Assembly: GCF_006345805.1 (NCBI RefSeq)
Contig: NC_043022.1
Span: 1,302,001 to 1,366,000 of the forward strand
Origin: Octopus sinensis
Taxonomy: Eukaryota
DNA: 64,000 nt
Reading direction: 5' to 3'
Shown: piece by piece, positions 11,147 through 23,705 of the stretch
Position numbering within the stretch: the stretch's first letter is position 1
Layout of the letters: each line of letters opens with the position of its first letter
The notes under the pieces: model-generated
What the model was told of the DNA's origin: nothing
Databases searched by the model: none
The model's input: the letters and a program-made list of their open reading frames with translations, nothing else
Translations under genes and position numbers: made by a program

Positions 11147-11435
11147 GGAGGCGCAATGGCCTAGTGGTCAGGGCAGCGGACTCGCGGTCGTAGGATCGCG
11201 GTTTCGAATCCCAGACCGGGCGTTGTGAGTGTTTATTGAGCGAAAACACCTAAAAGCTCCACGAGGCTCCGGCAGAGGGTGGTGGTGATCCCTGCTGTAC
11301 TCTTTCACCACTCTTTCTTCTGTTGGCCTGCTTGCTTAGCCAGCGGAGTGGCGTCATTCGAAGGCTAAAACAATGCAAACGCATTGTGACCAGCGATGTG
11401 TAACAACATCTGATGGACTGGTCAGTCACGTGATA
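11147..11435 (+). mobile_element. SINE family C
   Basis: GGAGGCGCAATGGCCTAGTGGTCAGGGCAGCGG...GGTTTCGAATCCC tRNA-like head. Confidence 0.85.
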
Positions 11436-11446
11436 TTTATATATAT

Positions 11447-12957
11447 CATCATCATCATCATCATCGTTTAGCGTCCGCTTTCCATGCTAGCATGGGTTAG
11501 ACGGGTCAACTGGGGTCTGTGAAGCTGGAAGGCTTCGTCAGGCCCAGTCAGATCTGGCAGTGTTTCTACGGCTGGATGCCCTTCCTAACGCCAACCACTC
11601 CGCGAGTGTAGTGGGTGTTTTTTACGTGCCACCTGCACAGGTGCCAGACAGAGCTGGCGAACGGCCACGAACGGATGGTGCTTTTACGTGTCACCGGCAC
11701 GGGGCCAGGCGATGCTGGCAAAGGACACGAACGGATGGTGCTTTTACGTGCCACCGACATGGGGCCAGACAGAGCTGGCAACCGACCACGAACGGACGGT
11801 GCTTTTACGTGCCACCGACACCGTTGCCAGACAGAGCTGGCAAACGGCCACGAGCGGACGGTGCTTTTACGTGTCACCGGCACGGGGGCCAGCCGAGGCT
11901 GGCAACGGACACGGACGGATGGTGCTTTTACGTGCCACCAACACGGGGCCAGACAGAGCTGGCAAACGGCCATGAACGGATGGTGCTTTAACGTGCCACC
12001 GACACGGGGCCAGACAGAGCTGGCAAACAGCCACGAACGGACGGTGCTTTTATGTGTCACCGGCACGGGGCCAGGCGAGGCTGGCAACGAGCACGAACGG
12101 ATGGTGCTTTTACGTCCCACCGACACGGGGCCAGGCAGAGCTGGCAAACGGCCATGAGCGAATGGTGCTTTTACGTATCACCGGCACGGGTGCCAGACGA
12201 GGCTGACAGCGGACACGAATGGATGGGTCACTTAACCCCTGCTTTCTGATATATAATTTGATTTTGATTGTTCTCACTGGTCTTGCCGGGTCTTCTCACG
12301 CACAGCATACTTCCATAGGTCTCGGTCTCTGGTCATTTCCTTGGTGAGACCTAGAGTTCGAAGGTTGTGCTTCACCACCTCGACCCAGGTTTTCCTGGGT
12401 CTACCTCTTCCACAGGTCCCCTCAACTGCCAGGGTGTGGCACTTTTTCACACACCTATCTTCATCCATTCTCACCACATGACCATACCAGCGTAATCGTC
12501 TCTCTTGCACACAACATCTGATTCCTCTTAGGTCCAACTTTTCTCTCAAGGTACTTACACTCTGTCGACTATGAACACTGACATTACACATCCAACGGAG
12601 CATACTAGCTTCATTTCTCGCGAGCTTACGCATGTCCTCAGCAGTCACGGCCCATGTTTCACTGCCATGTAGCATGGCTGTTCGTACACATGCATCATAC
12701 AGTCTGCCTTTTACTCTGAGCGAGAGGCCTTTAGTCACCAACAGAGGTAAGAGCTCCCTAAACTTTGCCCAGGCTATTCTTACTCTAGCCGTTACACTTT
12801 CAGCACACCCACCCCCACTACTGACTTGGTCACCTAGGTAACGGAAGCTATCAACTACTTCTAGTTTTTCCCCCTGGAAAGTGACGGAAGTTGTTTTCTG
12901 CAGATTTTCAGAGGTTAATGCTCCCGAGCATCTGCCACATACAAAAACCATCTTCCT
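11447..12957 (-). mobile_element. 5'-truncated RTE-clade LINE (RT C-terminus, 3' UTR, (GAT)n tail)
   Basis: Open frame ...LEVVDSFRYLG...LHGSETW...RRLRWYGHVVRM...GRGRPRKTW ending at 12274, followed by a 3' UTR ending in (GAT)n at 11447-11465. Confidence 0.93.
11620..12225. repeat. 60/61-bp VNTR (~10 units) inside the RTE 3' UTR
   Basis: GCTTTTACGTG recurs at 11681, 11741, 11802 and onward, with two alternating unit variants. Confidence 0.9.
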
Positions 12958-13387
12958 AATATACATATATATATGATGGGCTTCTTTCAGTTTCCATCTA
13001 CTAGGCTCCCTAAAAATGCTTTGCTTGGATCTAGGGCTGTATTTGAAGACACTTGGGCAAGTATCTTCTACATTGGCTGGGAAGGAAGCTCCTTTCAACA
13101 CACACACACACACACACACATCTACATATCTATGCTTGTGCTTTTGTATTTGTTCTTGTCCCCTCACCACTGCTTGACAACTGGTGCTGGTTTGTTTACA
13201 TCCCCACAACCTAGCGGCTCAGCAAAAGTGACAATTAGAATTGGTGCTAGAGTTTAAGAGAAACAAACAAGTACAGGGGTTGATTGATTTGTCAAAAAGT
13301 TCCTGAAGGTGATGCCCCAGCATGGCCACAGTCTAATGCCTGAAACATGTGAAAAGGAAAAGGTAAAGGATTATTATGGAAGTTTGA

Positions 13388-13642
13388 ATACACACACACA
13401 CAAACACGCACGCGCACACACAAACACACATATGCTCACACACGTGCATACACACACATAGACACATTCATACACACATATACACATATACATACACATA
13501 CACACAGACTCGTGTGCATACACATACCCCCACACATACACACACATACAAACACGCATACACATACACTTACGTGTGTGCACATGCACACACACACACA
13601 CACAAACACTCATACAAACACACACACACAAACACACGTATA
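13388..13642. repeat. imperfect (CA)n microsatellite
   Basis: Directly visible. Confidence 0.95.
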
Positions 13643-13741
13643 TGCTACATGACTTGTGATGATGTGAAACGAAAGAGAATGTGAGTTGCAGAATTAAATT
13701 GTTATTGTAAATAGTTTACTCTTTTCGACCCTTTACTATTG

Positions 13742-14285
13742 ACAGTGGCCATGCTGGAGCATCGCCTTTAGTCGAGCAAATCGACCCCAGGACTTATTCT
13801 CTCCGTCTCTTTTGCTGAACCACTAAGTTACGGGGACGTAAACACACCAGCATCGGTTGTCAAGCGATGTTGGGGGAACAAACACAGACACACACAGACA
13901 CACACAAATAGACAGACACACACAAACACAGACACACAAACACACAGACACAAACAAACACACAGATACACACAAACACACAGACAAACACATACAGAGC
14001 ATAGGTTCGAAATGTAAAAGGCTTTTTCTATTCCAGAGCGTTATACTAATACATCTGTTTGTTTTGTACACAACCTGTCTTCGTCTTTTGTTTTTTCGTG
14101 AATTCTCCCTATATATATACAACGGGCTTCTTTGAGTTTCCATGTACCAAATCCACTCACAAGATTTTGGTTGCCCTGAGGCTATAGTAGAAGACACTTG
14201 CCCAATGTGCCACGCAGTGGGACTGAACCTGTAACCATCTGGTTGGTAAGCAAGGTATTTACCACCCAGCAACTCCTGCGCCTGC
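13742..14285 (-). mobile_element. SINE family A with a ~115-bp insertion in its microsatellite linker
   Basis: Tail at 13742-13880 and head at 14135-14285. The insert at 13996-14110 matches 50895-51025 in reverse. Confidence 0.75.
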
Positions 14286-14431
14286 TTATATTAACAGCTT
14301 CTTTTGAAAATTCTATTTGTCTTTCTTTTCCTGTGTTCACTTCTTTATTTTAATAAACTTGGAAATTATTCAAAAGAAAAGGAAATTAAAAAAAAAAAAA
14401 CCGAGAAAAAGGAACATTGCTTAAAATGGCA

Positions 14432-17400
14432 ATCATGTGATTAAATTATAGGAGCAGACGACATTAAATAAAGGGAGCAGACGACATTAAATGAAAGGAG
14501 CAGATGATATTAAATGAAAGGAACAGATGACTTTGCCTTTCATCCTTTCTGGGTCGATTAAATAAGTACCAGTTACGCACTGGGGTTGATATAATTGACT
14601 TAATCCGTTTGTTTGTCCTCTCTGTGTATAACCCCTTGTGGGTTGTAAAGAAATAGACATTAAATGAAAGGAGCAGATGAGATTAAATGAAAGGAGTAGA
14701 CGACATGACACTAAATGAAAGGAGCAGACGACATTAAATGAAAGGAGCAGACGACATGAAGTGAAAGGAGCAGACGACATTAAATGAAAGGAGCAGACGA
14801 CATTAAATGAAAGGAACAGACAACTTTGCCTTTCATCCTTTCTGGGTCGATTAAATAAGTACCAGTTACGCACTGGGGTTGATATAATCGACTTAATCCG
14901 TTTGTTTGTCCTCTCTGTGTATAACCCCTTGTGGGTTGTAAAGAAATAGACATTAAATGAAAGAAGCAGATGAGATTAAATGAAAGGAGCAGACGATATT
15001 AAATGAAAGGAGCAGACGATATTAAATGAAAGGAGCAGACGACATTAAATGAAAGGAGCAGACGATATTAAATGAAAGGAGCAGACGACATGAAATGAAA
15101 GGAGCAGACGACATTAAATGAAAGGAGCAGACGACATTAAATGAAAGGAGCAGACGACATTAAATGAAAAGAGCAGACGATATTAAATGAAAGGAACAGA
15201 CGACATTAAATGAAAGGAGCAGACGACATTAAATGAAAGGAGCAGACGACATTAAATGAAAGGAGCAGACGGCATTAAATGAAAGGAACAGACGATATTA
15301 AATGAAAAGAGCAGACGACATTAAATGAAAGGAACAGACGACATTAAATGAAAGGAGCAGACAACATTAAATGAAAGGAACAGACGACATTAAATGAAAC
15401 GAGCATACGACATTAAATGAAAGGAACAGACGATATTAAATGAAAAGAGCAGACAATATTAAATGAAACGAGCATACGACATTAAATGAAAGGAACAGAC
15501 GACATTAAATGAAACGAGCATACGACATTAAATGAAAGGAACAGACGATATTAAATGAAAGGAGCAGACAATATTAAATGAAACGAGCAGATGACATTAA
15601 ATGAAAGGAACAGACGACATTAAATGAAAGGAGCAGACGATATTAAATGAAACGAGCATACGACATTAAATGAAAGGAGCAGATGATATTAAATGAAAGG
15701 AGCGGACGACATTAAATGAAAGGAGCAGACGACATTAAATGAAAGGAACAAACGATATTAAATGAAAGGAGCAGACGATATTAAATGAAAGGAGCAGATG
15801 ATATTAAATGAAAGGAGCAGACGACATTAAATGAAAGGAGCAGACGACATTAAATGAAAGGAGCAGACGACATTAAATGAAAGGAGCAGACGACATTAAA
15901 TGAAAGGAACAGACGATATTAAATGAAAGGAGCAGACGACATTAAATGAAAGGATCAGACGATATTAAATGAATGGAGCAGACGACATTAAATGAAAGGA
16001 GCAGACGATATTAAATGAAAGGAACAGACGACATTAAATGAAAGGAACAGACGATATTAAATGAAAGGAGCAGACGACATTAAATGAAAGGAGCAGACGA
16101 CATTAAATGAAAGGAGCAGACGATATTAAATGAAAGGAGCAGACGACATTAAATGAAAGGAGCAGACGACATTAAATGAAAGGAGCAGACGACATTATAT
16201 GAAAGGAGCAGACGATATTAAATGAAAGGAACAGACGACATTAAATGAAAGGAACAGATGACTTTGCCTTTCATCCTTTCTGGGTCGATTAAATAAGTAC
16301 CAGTTACGCACTGGGGTTGATATAATCGACTTAATCCGTTTGTTTGTCCTCTCTGTGTATAACCCCTTGTGGGTAGTAAAGAAATAGACATTAAATGAAA
16401 GGAGCAGATGAGATTAAATGAAAGGAGTAGACGACATGAAATGAAAGGAGCAGATGACACTAAATGAAAGGAGCAGACGACATTAAATGAAAGGAGCAGA
16501 CGACATTAAATGAAAGGAGCAGACGACATTAAATGAATGGAACATACGATATTAAATGAATGGAACAGACGATATTAAATGAAAGGAGCAGACGACATTA
16601 AATGAAAGGAGCAGACGATATTAAATGAAAGGAGCAGACGACATGAAGTGAAAGGAACAGAAGACATTAAATGAAAGGAGCAGACGACATTAAATGAAAG
16701 GAACAGACGGCTTTGCCTTTCATCCTTTCTGGGTCGATTAAATAAGTACCAGTTACGCACTGGGGTTGATATAATCGACTTAATCCGTTTGTTTGTCCTC
16801 TCTGTGTATAACCCCTTGTGGGTAGTAAAGAAATAGACATTAAATGAAAGGAGCAGATGAGATTAAATGAAAGGAGTAGACGACATGAAATGAAAGGAGC
16901 AGATGACACTAAATGAAAGGAGCAGACGATATTAAATGAAAGGAGCAGACGACATGAAGTGAAAGGAGCAGACGACATTACATGAAAAGAGCAGACGACA
17001 TTAAATGAAAGGAGCAGACGACATTAAATGAATGGAACAGACGATATTAAATGAATGGAACAGACGATATTAAATGAAAGGAGCAGACGACATTAAATGA
17101 AAGGAGCAGACGATATTAAATGAAAGGAGCAGACGACATTAAATGAAAGGAGCAGACGATATTAAATGAATGGAACAGACGATATTAAATGAAAGGAGCA
17201 GACGACATTAAATGAAAGGAGTAGACGACATGAAATGAAAGGAGCAGACGACATTAAATGAAAGGAGCAGACGACATTAAATGAAAGGAGCAGACGACAT
17301 TAATTGAATGGAACAGACGATATTAAATGAATGGAACAGACGATATTAAATGAAAGGAGCAGACGACATTAAATGAAAGGAGCAGACGACATGAAGTGAA

Positions 17401-19010
17401 AGGAGCAGACGACATTACATGAAAAGAGCAGACGACATTAAATGAAAGGAGCAGACGACATTAAATGAATGGAACAGACGATATTAAATGAATGGAACAG
17501 ACGATATTAAATGAAAGGAGCAGACGACATTAAATGAAAGGAGCAGACGATATTAAATGAAAGGAGCAGACGACATTAAATGAAAGGAGCAGACGATATT
17601 AAATGAATGGAACAGACGATATTAAATGAAAGGAGCAGACGACATTAAATGGAAGGAGTAGACGACATGAAATGAAAGGAGCAGACGACATTAAATGAAA
17701 GGAGCAGACGACATTAAATGAAAGGAGCAGACGACATTAAATGAATGGAACAGACGATATTAAATGAATGGAACAGACGATATTAAATGAAAGGAGCAGA
17801 CGACATTAAATGAAAGGAGCAGACGATATTAAATGAAAGGAGCAGACGACATTAAATAAAAGGAGCAGACGATATTAAATGAATGGAACAGACGATATTA
17901 AATGAAAGGAGCAGACGACATGAAATGAAAGGAGCAGACGACATTAAATGAAAAGAGCAGACGACATTAAATGAAAGGAGCAGACGACATTAAATGAAAA
18001 GAGCAGACGATATTAAATGAAAGGAACAGACGACATTAAATGAAAGGAGCAGACGACATTAAATGAAAGGAGCAGACGACATTAAATGAAAGGAGCAGAC
18101 GGCATTAAATGAAAGGAACAGACGATATTAAATGAAAAGAGCAGACGATATTAAATGAAAGGAACAGACGACATTAAATGAAAGGAGCAGACGACATTAA
18201 ATGAAAGGAACAGACGACATTAAATGAAACGAGCATACGACATTAAATGAAAGGAACAGACGATATTAAATGAAAGGAGCAGATAATATTAAATGAAACG
18301 AACATACGACATTAATGAAAGGAACAGACGATATTAAATGAAAGGAGCAGATAATATTAAATGAAACGAACATACGACATTAAATGAAAGGAACAGACGA
18401 TATTAAATGAAAGGAGCAGACAATATTAAATGAAACGAGCAGACGACATTAAATGAAAGGAACAGACGATATTAAATGAAAGGAGCAGACAATATTAAAT
18501 GAAACGAGCAGACGACATTAAATGAAAGGAACAGACGATATTAAATGAAAGGAGCAGACAATATTAAATGAAACGAGCATACGACATTAAATGAAAGGAA
18601 CAGACGATATTAAATGAAAGGAGCGGACGACATTAAATGAAAGGAGCAGACGACATTAAATGAAAGGAACAGACGATATTAAATGAAAGGAGCAGACGAT
18701 ATTAAATGAAAGGAGCAGATGATATTAAATGAAAGGAACAGACGACATTAAATGAAAGGAGCAGACGATATTAAATGAAAGGAGCAGACGACATTAAATG
18801 AAAGGAACGGACGATATTAAATGAAAGGAACAGACGATATTAAATGAAAGGATCAGACGATATTAAATGAAAGGATCAGACGACAGTAAATGAAAGGAGC
18901 AGAGGACATTAAATGAAAGGAGCAGACGACATTAAATGAAAGAAAAGGACGACATTAAATGAAAGGAGCAGACGACATTAAATGAATGGAACGGACGACA
19001 TTAAATGATG
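14432..19010. repeat. 23-bp minisatellite (ATTAAATGAAAGGAGCAGACGAC)n, ~4.6 kb, with four embedded SINE-B fragments
   Basis: Period of 23 bp is visible. Near-identical ~128-bp SINE-B tails lie at ~14531, 14824, 16262 and 16711. Confidence 0.95.
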
Positions 19011-19037
19011 AACACTATATAAATGTTTAAATATATA

Positions 19038-19489
19038 TGAGGGAATGCTGAAAAGTTCCAGGCTTTGGGTGAAAGAAAATACAGGAGGATCAGTTTATAA
19101 TTATTTTATTCCCCTCTCAGTTTCACACACTTATTGCAGGGTCCTTCAGTTTTTCTAAGACCTGTGAAAGAACTCAGAATGTTGGGCCTCTAACTAGGCC
19201 TTTCGTAATACCCTTGAAGTCAGGAACATTTCAGCACCTCCTCATGTGTGCACGGGTGTGTGTATGCATGCAAGAGGGTGCTGAGAAATCCCTGGCTTTG
19301 GGTAAGAGAAAATACAGAAGGATCAGTTAATTATGATTTTATTCAACATAACCCCTTCTCACATTCACACACTTATTGCAGCAGTGTTCCTTCAGTTTTT
19401 CTAAGCCCTGTAAAATAACTCATGAGGCTGGGCTTCCAACAACACCTTTCGAGAGACCCTTAAAGCCAAGAACTTTTCTGCATCCCTCA
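19038..19489. mobile_element. two adjacent ~210-bp mariner-type MITEs
   Basis: GAGGGAATGCTGAAAAGTTCC...GGAACATTTCAGCACCTCCTC (19038-19244) and a second copy (19271-19489), each with imperfect TIRs. Confidence 0.65.
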
Positions 19490-20169
19490 TACACACACAC
19501 ACACACACGCATCTTTATACAGGAAAAATAGAAGTTGAAAAGGCACTAAGAACAGTTAGTACATACAAACGACTACTGTCCACTGAGAGGCAACAAGTAC
19601 AGTTAGTGGCGCACTGGGTCTAAAAATATTGGTTGCTAGGGGACTAAAGGGGCCCACATGCAACTACAATGCTATCTTTTAATTTTGTTTTTTTTGTGAA
19701 AGGTATTCTTTTCAATTGTTTACAAACACAGCCAGGCTGAAATAATTAATGCATTCTTCCAGGAGTGAATAAAAAATTCTCAAACTTGAGATACTAATAC
19801 GGGCCCCCATATATAGATTCTAATGGCACAGGGGCCCACTTGCCACCGAGCAAGCTGGCAACTCGGTCAGACTGCCACTGAGCACAGTCATCACTAAATT
19901 GACAGAAGGTGCTAGTAAGCATTAGCATTGCTAGAAATGAGAGTCAAGGCAATTCTTAGCCATGTGAGCACTTTTCTGATGGCTAACAAGCGAGACAAGC
20001 TCTCTAGCAATGCTGGTGTTTGCTAGTGCCCTCCGTCACTTTAATGACAACTGTACTTGTTGCTTATCAGTTCTAAATTGCAAATAGTCACCTTAATAAT
20101 TTATATATATATATATATACATGGCGCAGGAGTGGTGAGATGTGACAGCAAAAAAAAGCATACATTCAC

Positions 20170-20690
20170 TCTCTGCATGCAATTAGACTCGGAAAGTTCG
20201 TGAGGAACCCATTGATCCAATTTGCTGACTTTTCCGATAGCACACAGGTCTCAATGAATGGTTGAATGACCAAATCCAAGCTTCTCTGCTAGTTCCTCAA
20301 CAGTTACGATGAGATTTTGTTCCACCAGCGTTTTCAGGATGTCCTTGTCGAGTTCTGCAGATCTTTCAGGATGAGGCTCGTCTTCTAGGCTGTAGTTTAT
20401 GGCTCGGGATTTCTGGAACCACCATTGACACTGCCTTACGCTTATTGTCCAATCCCCATATACTGCATTAATATTCCTCGTACTTTCCATTGGGTTGTTG
20501 CCTTTATTGAACTCATAAAGCAAAATATGCCAAATATGCTCCTTTGTTACTTCCAACATAGCTTTGAAAAAAATAGCTGTTAAAATCGAAATGCACTCTT
20601 CAAAACTTGCACTATGAATAAGGACAAGATAAAATTACCACCTGCTTTTATAGCAAGTTAATATAAGTAGTTTATCCCATTCCCCTCTGA
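20170..20690 (-). pseudogene. mariner transposase N-terminal fragment
   Basis: HIWHILLYEFNKG...INAVYG...QCQWWFQK...SLEDEPH...LKTLVEQN...VEELAEKLG: bipartite HTH of mariner/SETMAR type. Confidence 0.85.
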
Positions 20691-20956
20691 CTTTTAGTTC
20701 AAGCTGTTGAAAAAACCGCATTATTATATATATATATACATACATACATACATACATATACACACACACTCTCTCTCTCTCTCACACACATATATATTCT
20801 GTTATTTTTTTATATGTTTCAGCCTTGAGGTTGTGGCCATGCTGGATCATGTGTGTGTGTGTGTCTATCTGTCTGTATGTATGTATATGTATGTGTGTGA
20901 ACAATAATATTTTTAACAGATGTGTTGCAAATGTATCTGATTGTTCTCAAGCTTCA

Positions 20957-20979
20957 ATACTGTGTGTGTGTGTGTGTGT

Positions 20980-21047
<68 letters not shown>

Positions 21048-21160
21048 ATGTATGTATGCATGTATGTATGTATGTATGCATGTATGTATGTATGTATGTA
21101 TGTATGTATGTATGTGTGTATGTATGTATGTGTGTGTGTATGTATGTATGTGTGTATGTA

Positions 21161-21191
<31 letters not shown>

Positions 21192-21210
21192 ATGTATGTA
21201 TGTATGAGTG
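20957..21210. repeat. (TG)n/(TATG)n microsatellite
   Basis: Directly visible. Confidence 0.95.
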
Positions 21211-21259
21211 TATGTTTACTTTATTACTAACATATCATTGTCGCATGATAGAACATGGA

Positions 21260-21730
21260 ATCAGTGTTTGAAAAGAAAAAAGCCAAGAGGAGAACAAAGA
21301 AGCCAAAGATCTAATTTCAGTGAAGAACAATTGGAAGTGAAACAGAAGGCAAATTGTGAGCGTTGGTTAAATGAATCGGAAAAGCAGACAGAGAAGAGGA
21401 AAGCGCTCAAGCCAGAGAGACAGCATAGCTCTGAGATGCTTAAATGAAAATGAAGGGCTAGGAGAGATGCTACGAAGCATAGAAAACAAGAACAATTAAA
21501 GTGAGTGGATGGAAATCTGCAGAACAGAAAAGATAGTGTAATGCTGACAGAACGGGAACCACTTGACATAGAAAGAGTTTGTAATTGAAGATACAATGCG
21601 GGAAATGTTGAATAATATTGTTGTGGAGATATAAATATCCTGGGTCAGTTTTGCACAGCGAAGCACTTATGTACGTGAACAGCTTTCTGATGGCTACTTC
21701 AATGACTGATAAAAAAACTGGTACCGTGTC
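21260..21730 (+). pseudogene. Helitron Rep-helicase N-terminal relic
   Basis: Charged R/E-rich region followed by frameshifted CGDINILxQFCTAKH..EQLSDGYFND..KK, resembling the GxMxxxCxxCxAxHF..E..SDG.F..CC zinc motif of animal Helitrons (motif from recall). Confidence 0.5.
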
Positions 21731-21734
21731 CATT

Positions 21735-22030
21735 ACAGCAATGAGTGTTCCAGTTAATTCGGTTGATGGAACAGCCTGCTTGTGAAATTAACTTGCAAGT
21801 GGCTGAGTACTCCGCGGATATGTGCACCTTTAATGTAGTTCTGAGGGAGATTCAGTGTGATGCAGAATGTGGCAACACTGGCCCCTTATGAATTACAGGT
21901 ACAAGTAATTTTTGCCAGCTGAGTAAACGAGCAACTTGAAATAAAGTGTCTTACTGAATGCCACAAAGCGTCACTGAGAATTGAACTCATGATCTTACAA
22001 TCACAAGCCAACTACCCTAACCACTAAGTC
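21735..22030 (-). mobile_element. degenerate chimeric SINE (D-like head, C-type tail)
   Basis: Body resembles family D; the tail resembles 44850-45000. Confidence 0.5.
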
Positions 22031-22168
22031 ATGTACCTGCAATAACTGCTGTCATAAAGGAAGCAGTTGTTGAAGCAGTCATCGGCTCCAAGAGAAATTT
22101 CCAGACGACTTCAAATCCCTAATGTCACTTCCAAATAATTTCTTTCATACCAATTTTTGAAGAAAATA

Positions 22169-22550
22169 ACTCTTTGCTCTTTTACTTGTTTCAGTCATTT
22201 GATTGCAGCCATGCTGGAGCACCGCCTTTAGTCGAGCAAATCGACCCCGGGACTTATTCTTTGTAAGCCCAGTACTTATTTTATCGGTCTCTTTTGCCGA
22301 ACTGCTAAGTGACGGGGACGTAAACACACCAGCATCAGTTGTCAAGCAATGCTAGGGGGACAAACATACACATATATATATATATATACATATATACGAC
22401 AGGCTTCTTTCAGTTTCCGTCTACCAAATTCACTCACAAGGCATTGGTCGGCCCGGGGCTATAGCAGAAGACATTTGCCCAAGATGCCACGCAGTGGGAC
22501 TGAACTCGGAACCATGTGGTTGGTTAGCAAGCTACTTACCACACAGCCAC
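22169..22550 (-). mobile_element. SINE family A
   Basis: Near full-length family match. Confidence 0.9.
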
Positions 22551-22699
22551 ATTTGCATAATTCTGTATTGGTCCTTTCATTGATGGGTTCACACTTCGTA
22601 GAACCTCCTTGAGGAGGGCCATATTCCTTCAGAGTTCCTGGACAAGTTGATTACAGCAGTTTGCTCATCTATATGCTGTTGATGCTGTTGCTGCTGTTG

Positions 22700-23046
22700 A
22701 ACAAAGTGGTCTTCATGGGAGAAGTCCAAAACATGGTCCTTTGCTATTTGTAAGACCTGCAGAAGAGAAAGCAGGTCAACCCCCGATACCGGGAGCATCG
22801 ACGGATGGATGAATGCGCATCCAGGCTCAGCGGTTGCATAGGAAGTCGGAGACAAGAAACAGGAAGAAAGTGAGAGAAAGTTGGAGAGAAAGAGTACATC
22901 AGGGGTCGCCACCACCCCCTGCCGGAGCCTTGTGGAGCTTTAGGTGTTTTCGCTCAATAAATACACTTAACGCCCAGTCTGGGAATTGAAACCACAATCC
23001 TCCGACCGCGAGTCCGCTGCCCTAATCATTGGGCCATTGCACTTCC
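22700..23046 (-). mobile_element. SINE family C with an alternative tail
   Basis: Head matches 11147; the tail differs. Confidence 0.75.
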
Positions 23047-23419
23047 ACTGCTGTTGATGCTGCAGAAGACCATAATGCAGGAACAGTGAATAATTCACAT
23101 AAAAGATGTCTACCTGAAATAATAGCACACACACACGCACACACGTATGTATAGATATACTTTATTATTAAAACTGGTTGAAACCACCTCTGGATCTGTA
23201 GTACAAATTTCTTGTTTTCAAAAGTTCTGAATTAAAATCTTCCACCAAACCTTAGTCACAGTTTATGTTCCTAACACCAGCTGAATGATAATGAAGTTAT
23301 TTTACTAAATTCTTTGTTATATTTAAAGTAATTGAAAGAAGCATAAAGCATCTCAACAGAAATAGGGTAACAAAAGGGTTAAGTGATAACATCAAAGAAG
23401 TTAGAGTTGGATGTTGTGT

Positions 23420-23705
23420 AGAACTGGGGACCCATACCAGTGGCATGTAAAAAGCACCCTTTGAACATTGGGCCTCACAGAGGCAATGACAAATGACCGA
23501 GATCTTTGGCAATATGTTGTGCTTGAGAAGAAGACCCATGAAACCAAGTGAAATCGTAGTAATGGCAGACCCTGATGTCATGGCAGATATTAATGAACCT
23601 TGCCAAATCAGACTGGAGTCTGGTGCAGCTTCTCAGCTTACCAGCCCTGGTCAAACTGTCCAACCCATGCCAGCATGGACAACGGACAGTAAATGACGAT
23701 GATGA
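23420..23705 (+). mobile_element. RTE 3' UTR fragment
   Basis: CCAAATCAGACTGGAG...CCAACCCATGCCAGCATGGA...AAATGACGATGATGATG tail. Confidence 0.7.

Noticed and set aside
11147-11220. tRNA gene calls for SINE heads
   Set aside because: A and B boxes are present, but the sequence continues into SINE bodies and lacks a full acceptor stem and T-run terminator.
11560-12249. Repetitive ORFs on both strands
   Set aside because: Translations of the 60-bp VNTR in the RTE 3' UTR.
12274-13209. 311-aa ORF as a host gene
   Set aside because: The C-terminal ~230 aa are RTE reverse transcriptase; the N-terminal part is read-through into SINE and microsatellite sequence.
14432-19010. CRISPR-like repeat/spacer appearance of the 23-bp array
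   Set aside because: The repeats are directly adjacent, the four inserts are near-identical SINE fragments rather than unique spacers, the context is eukaryotic and there are no cas genes.
22589-22915. Minus-strand polyQ-containing ORF with a good acceptor (CTGCAG at ~22750)
   Set aside because: It is contiguous with a SINE C tail, has no recognisable homology, and I found no partner exons or donor.
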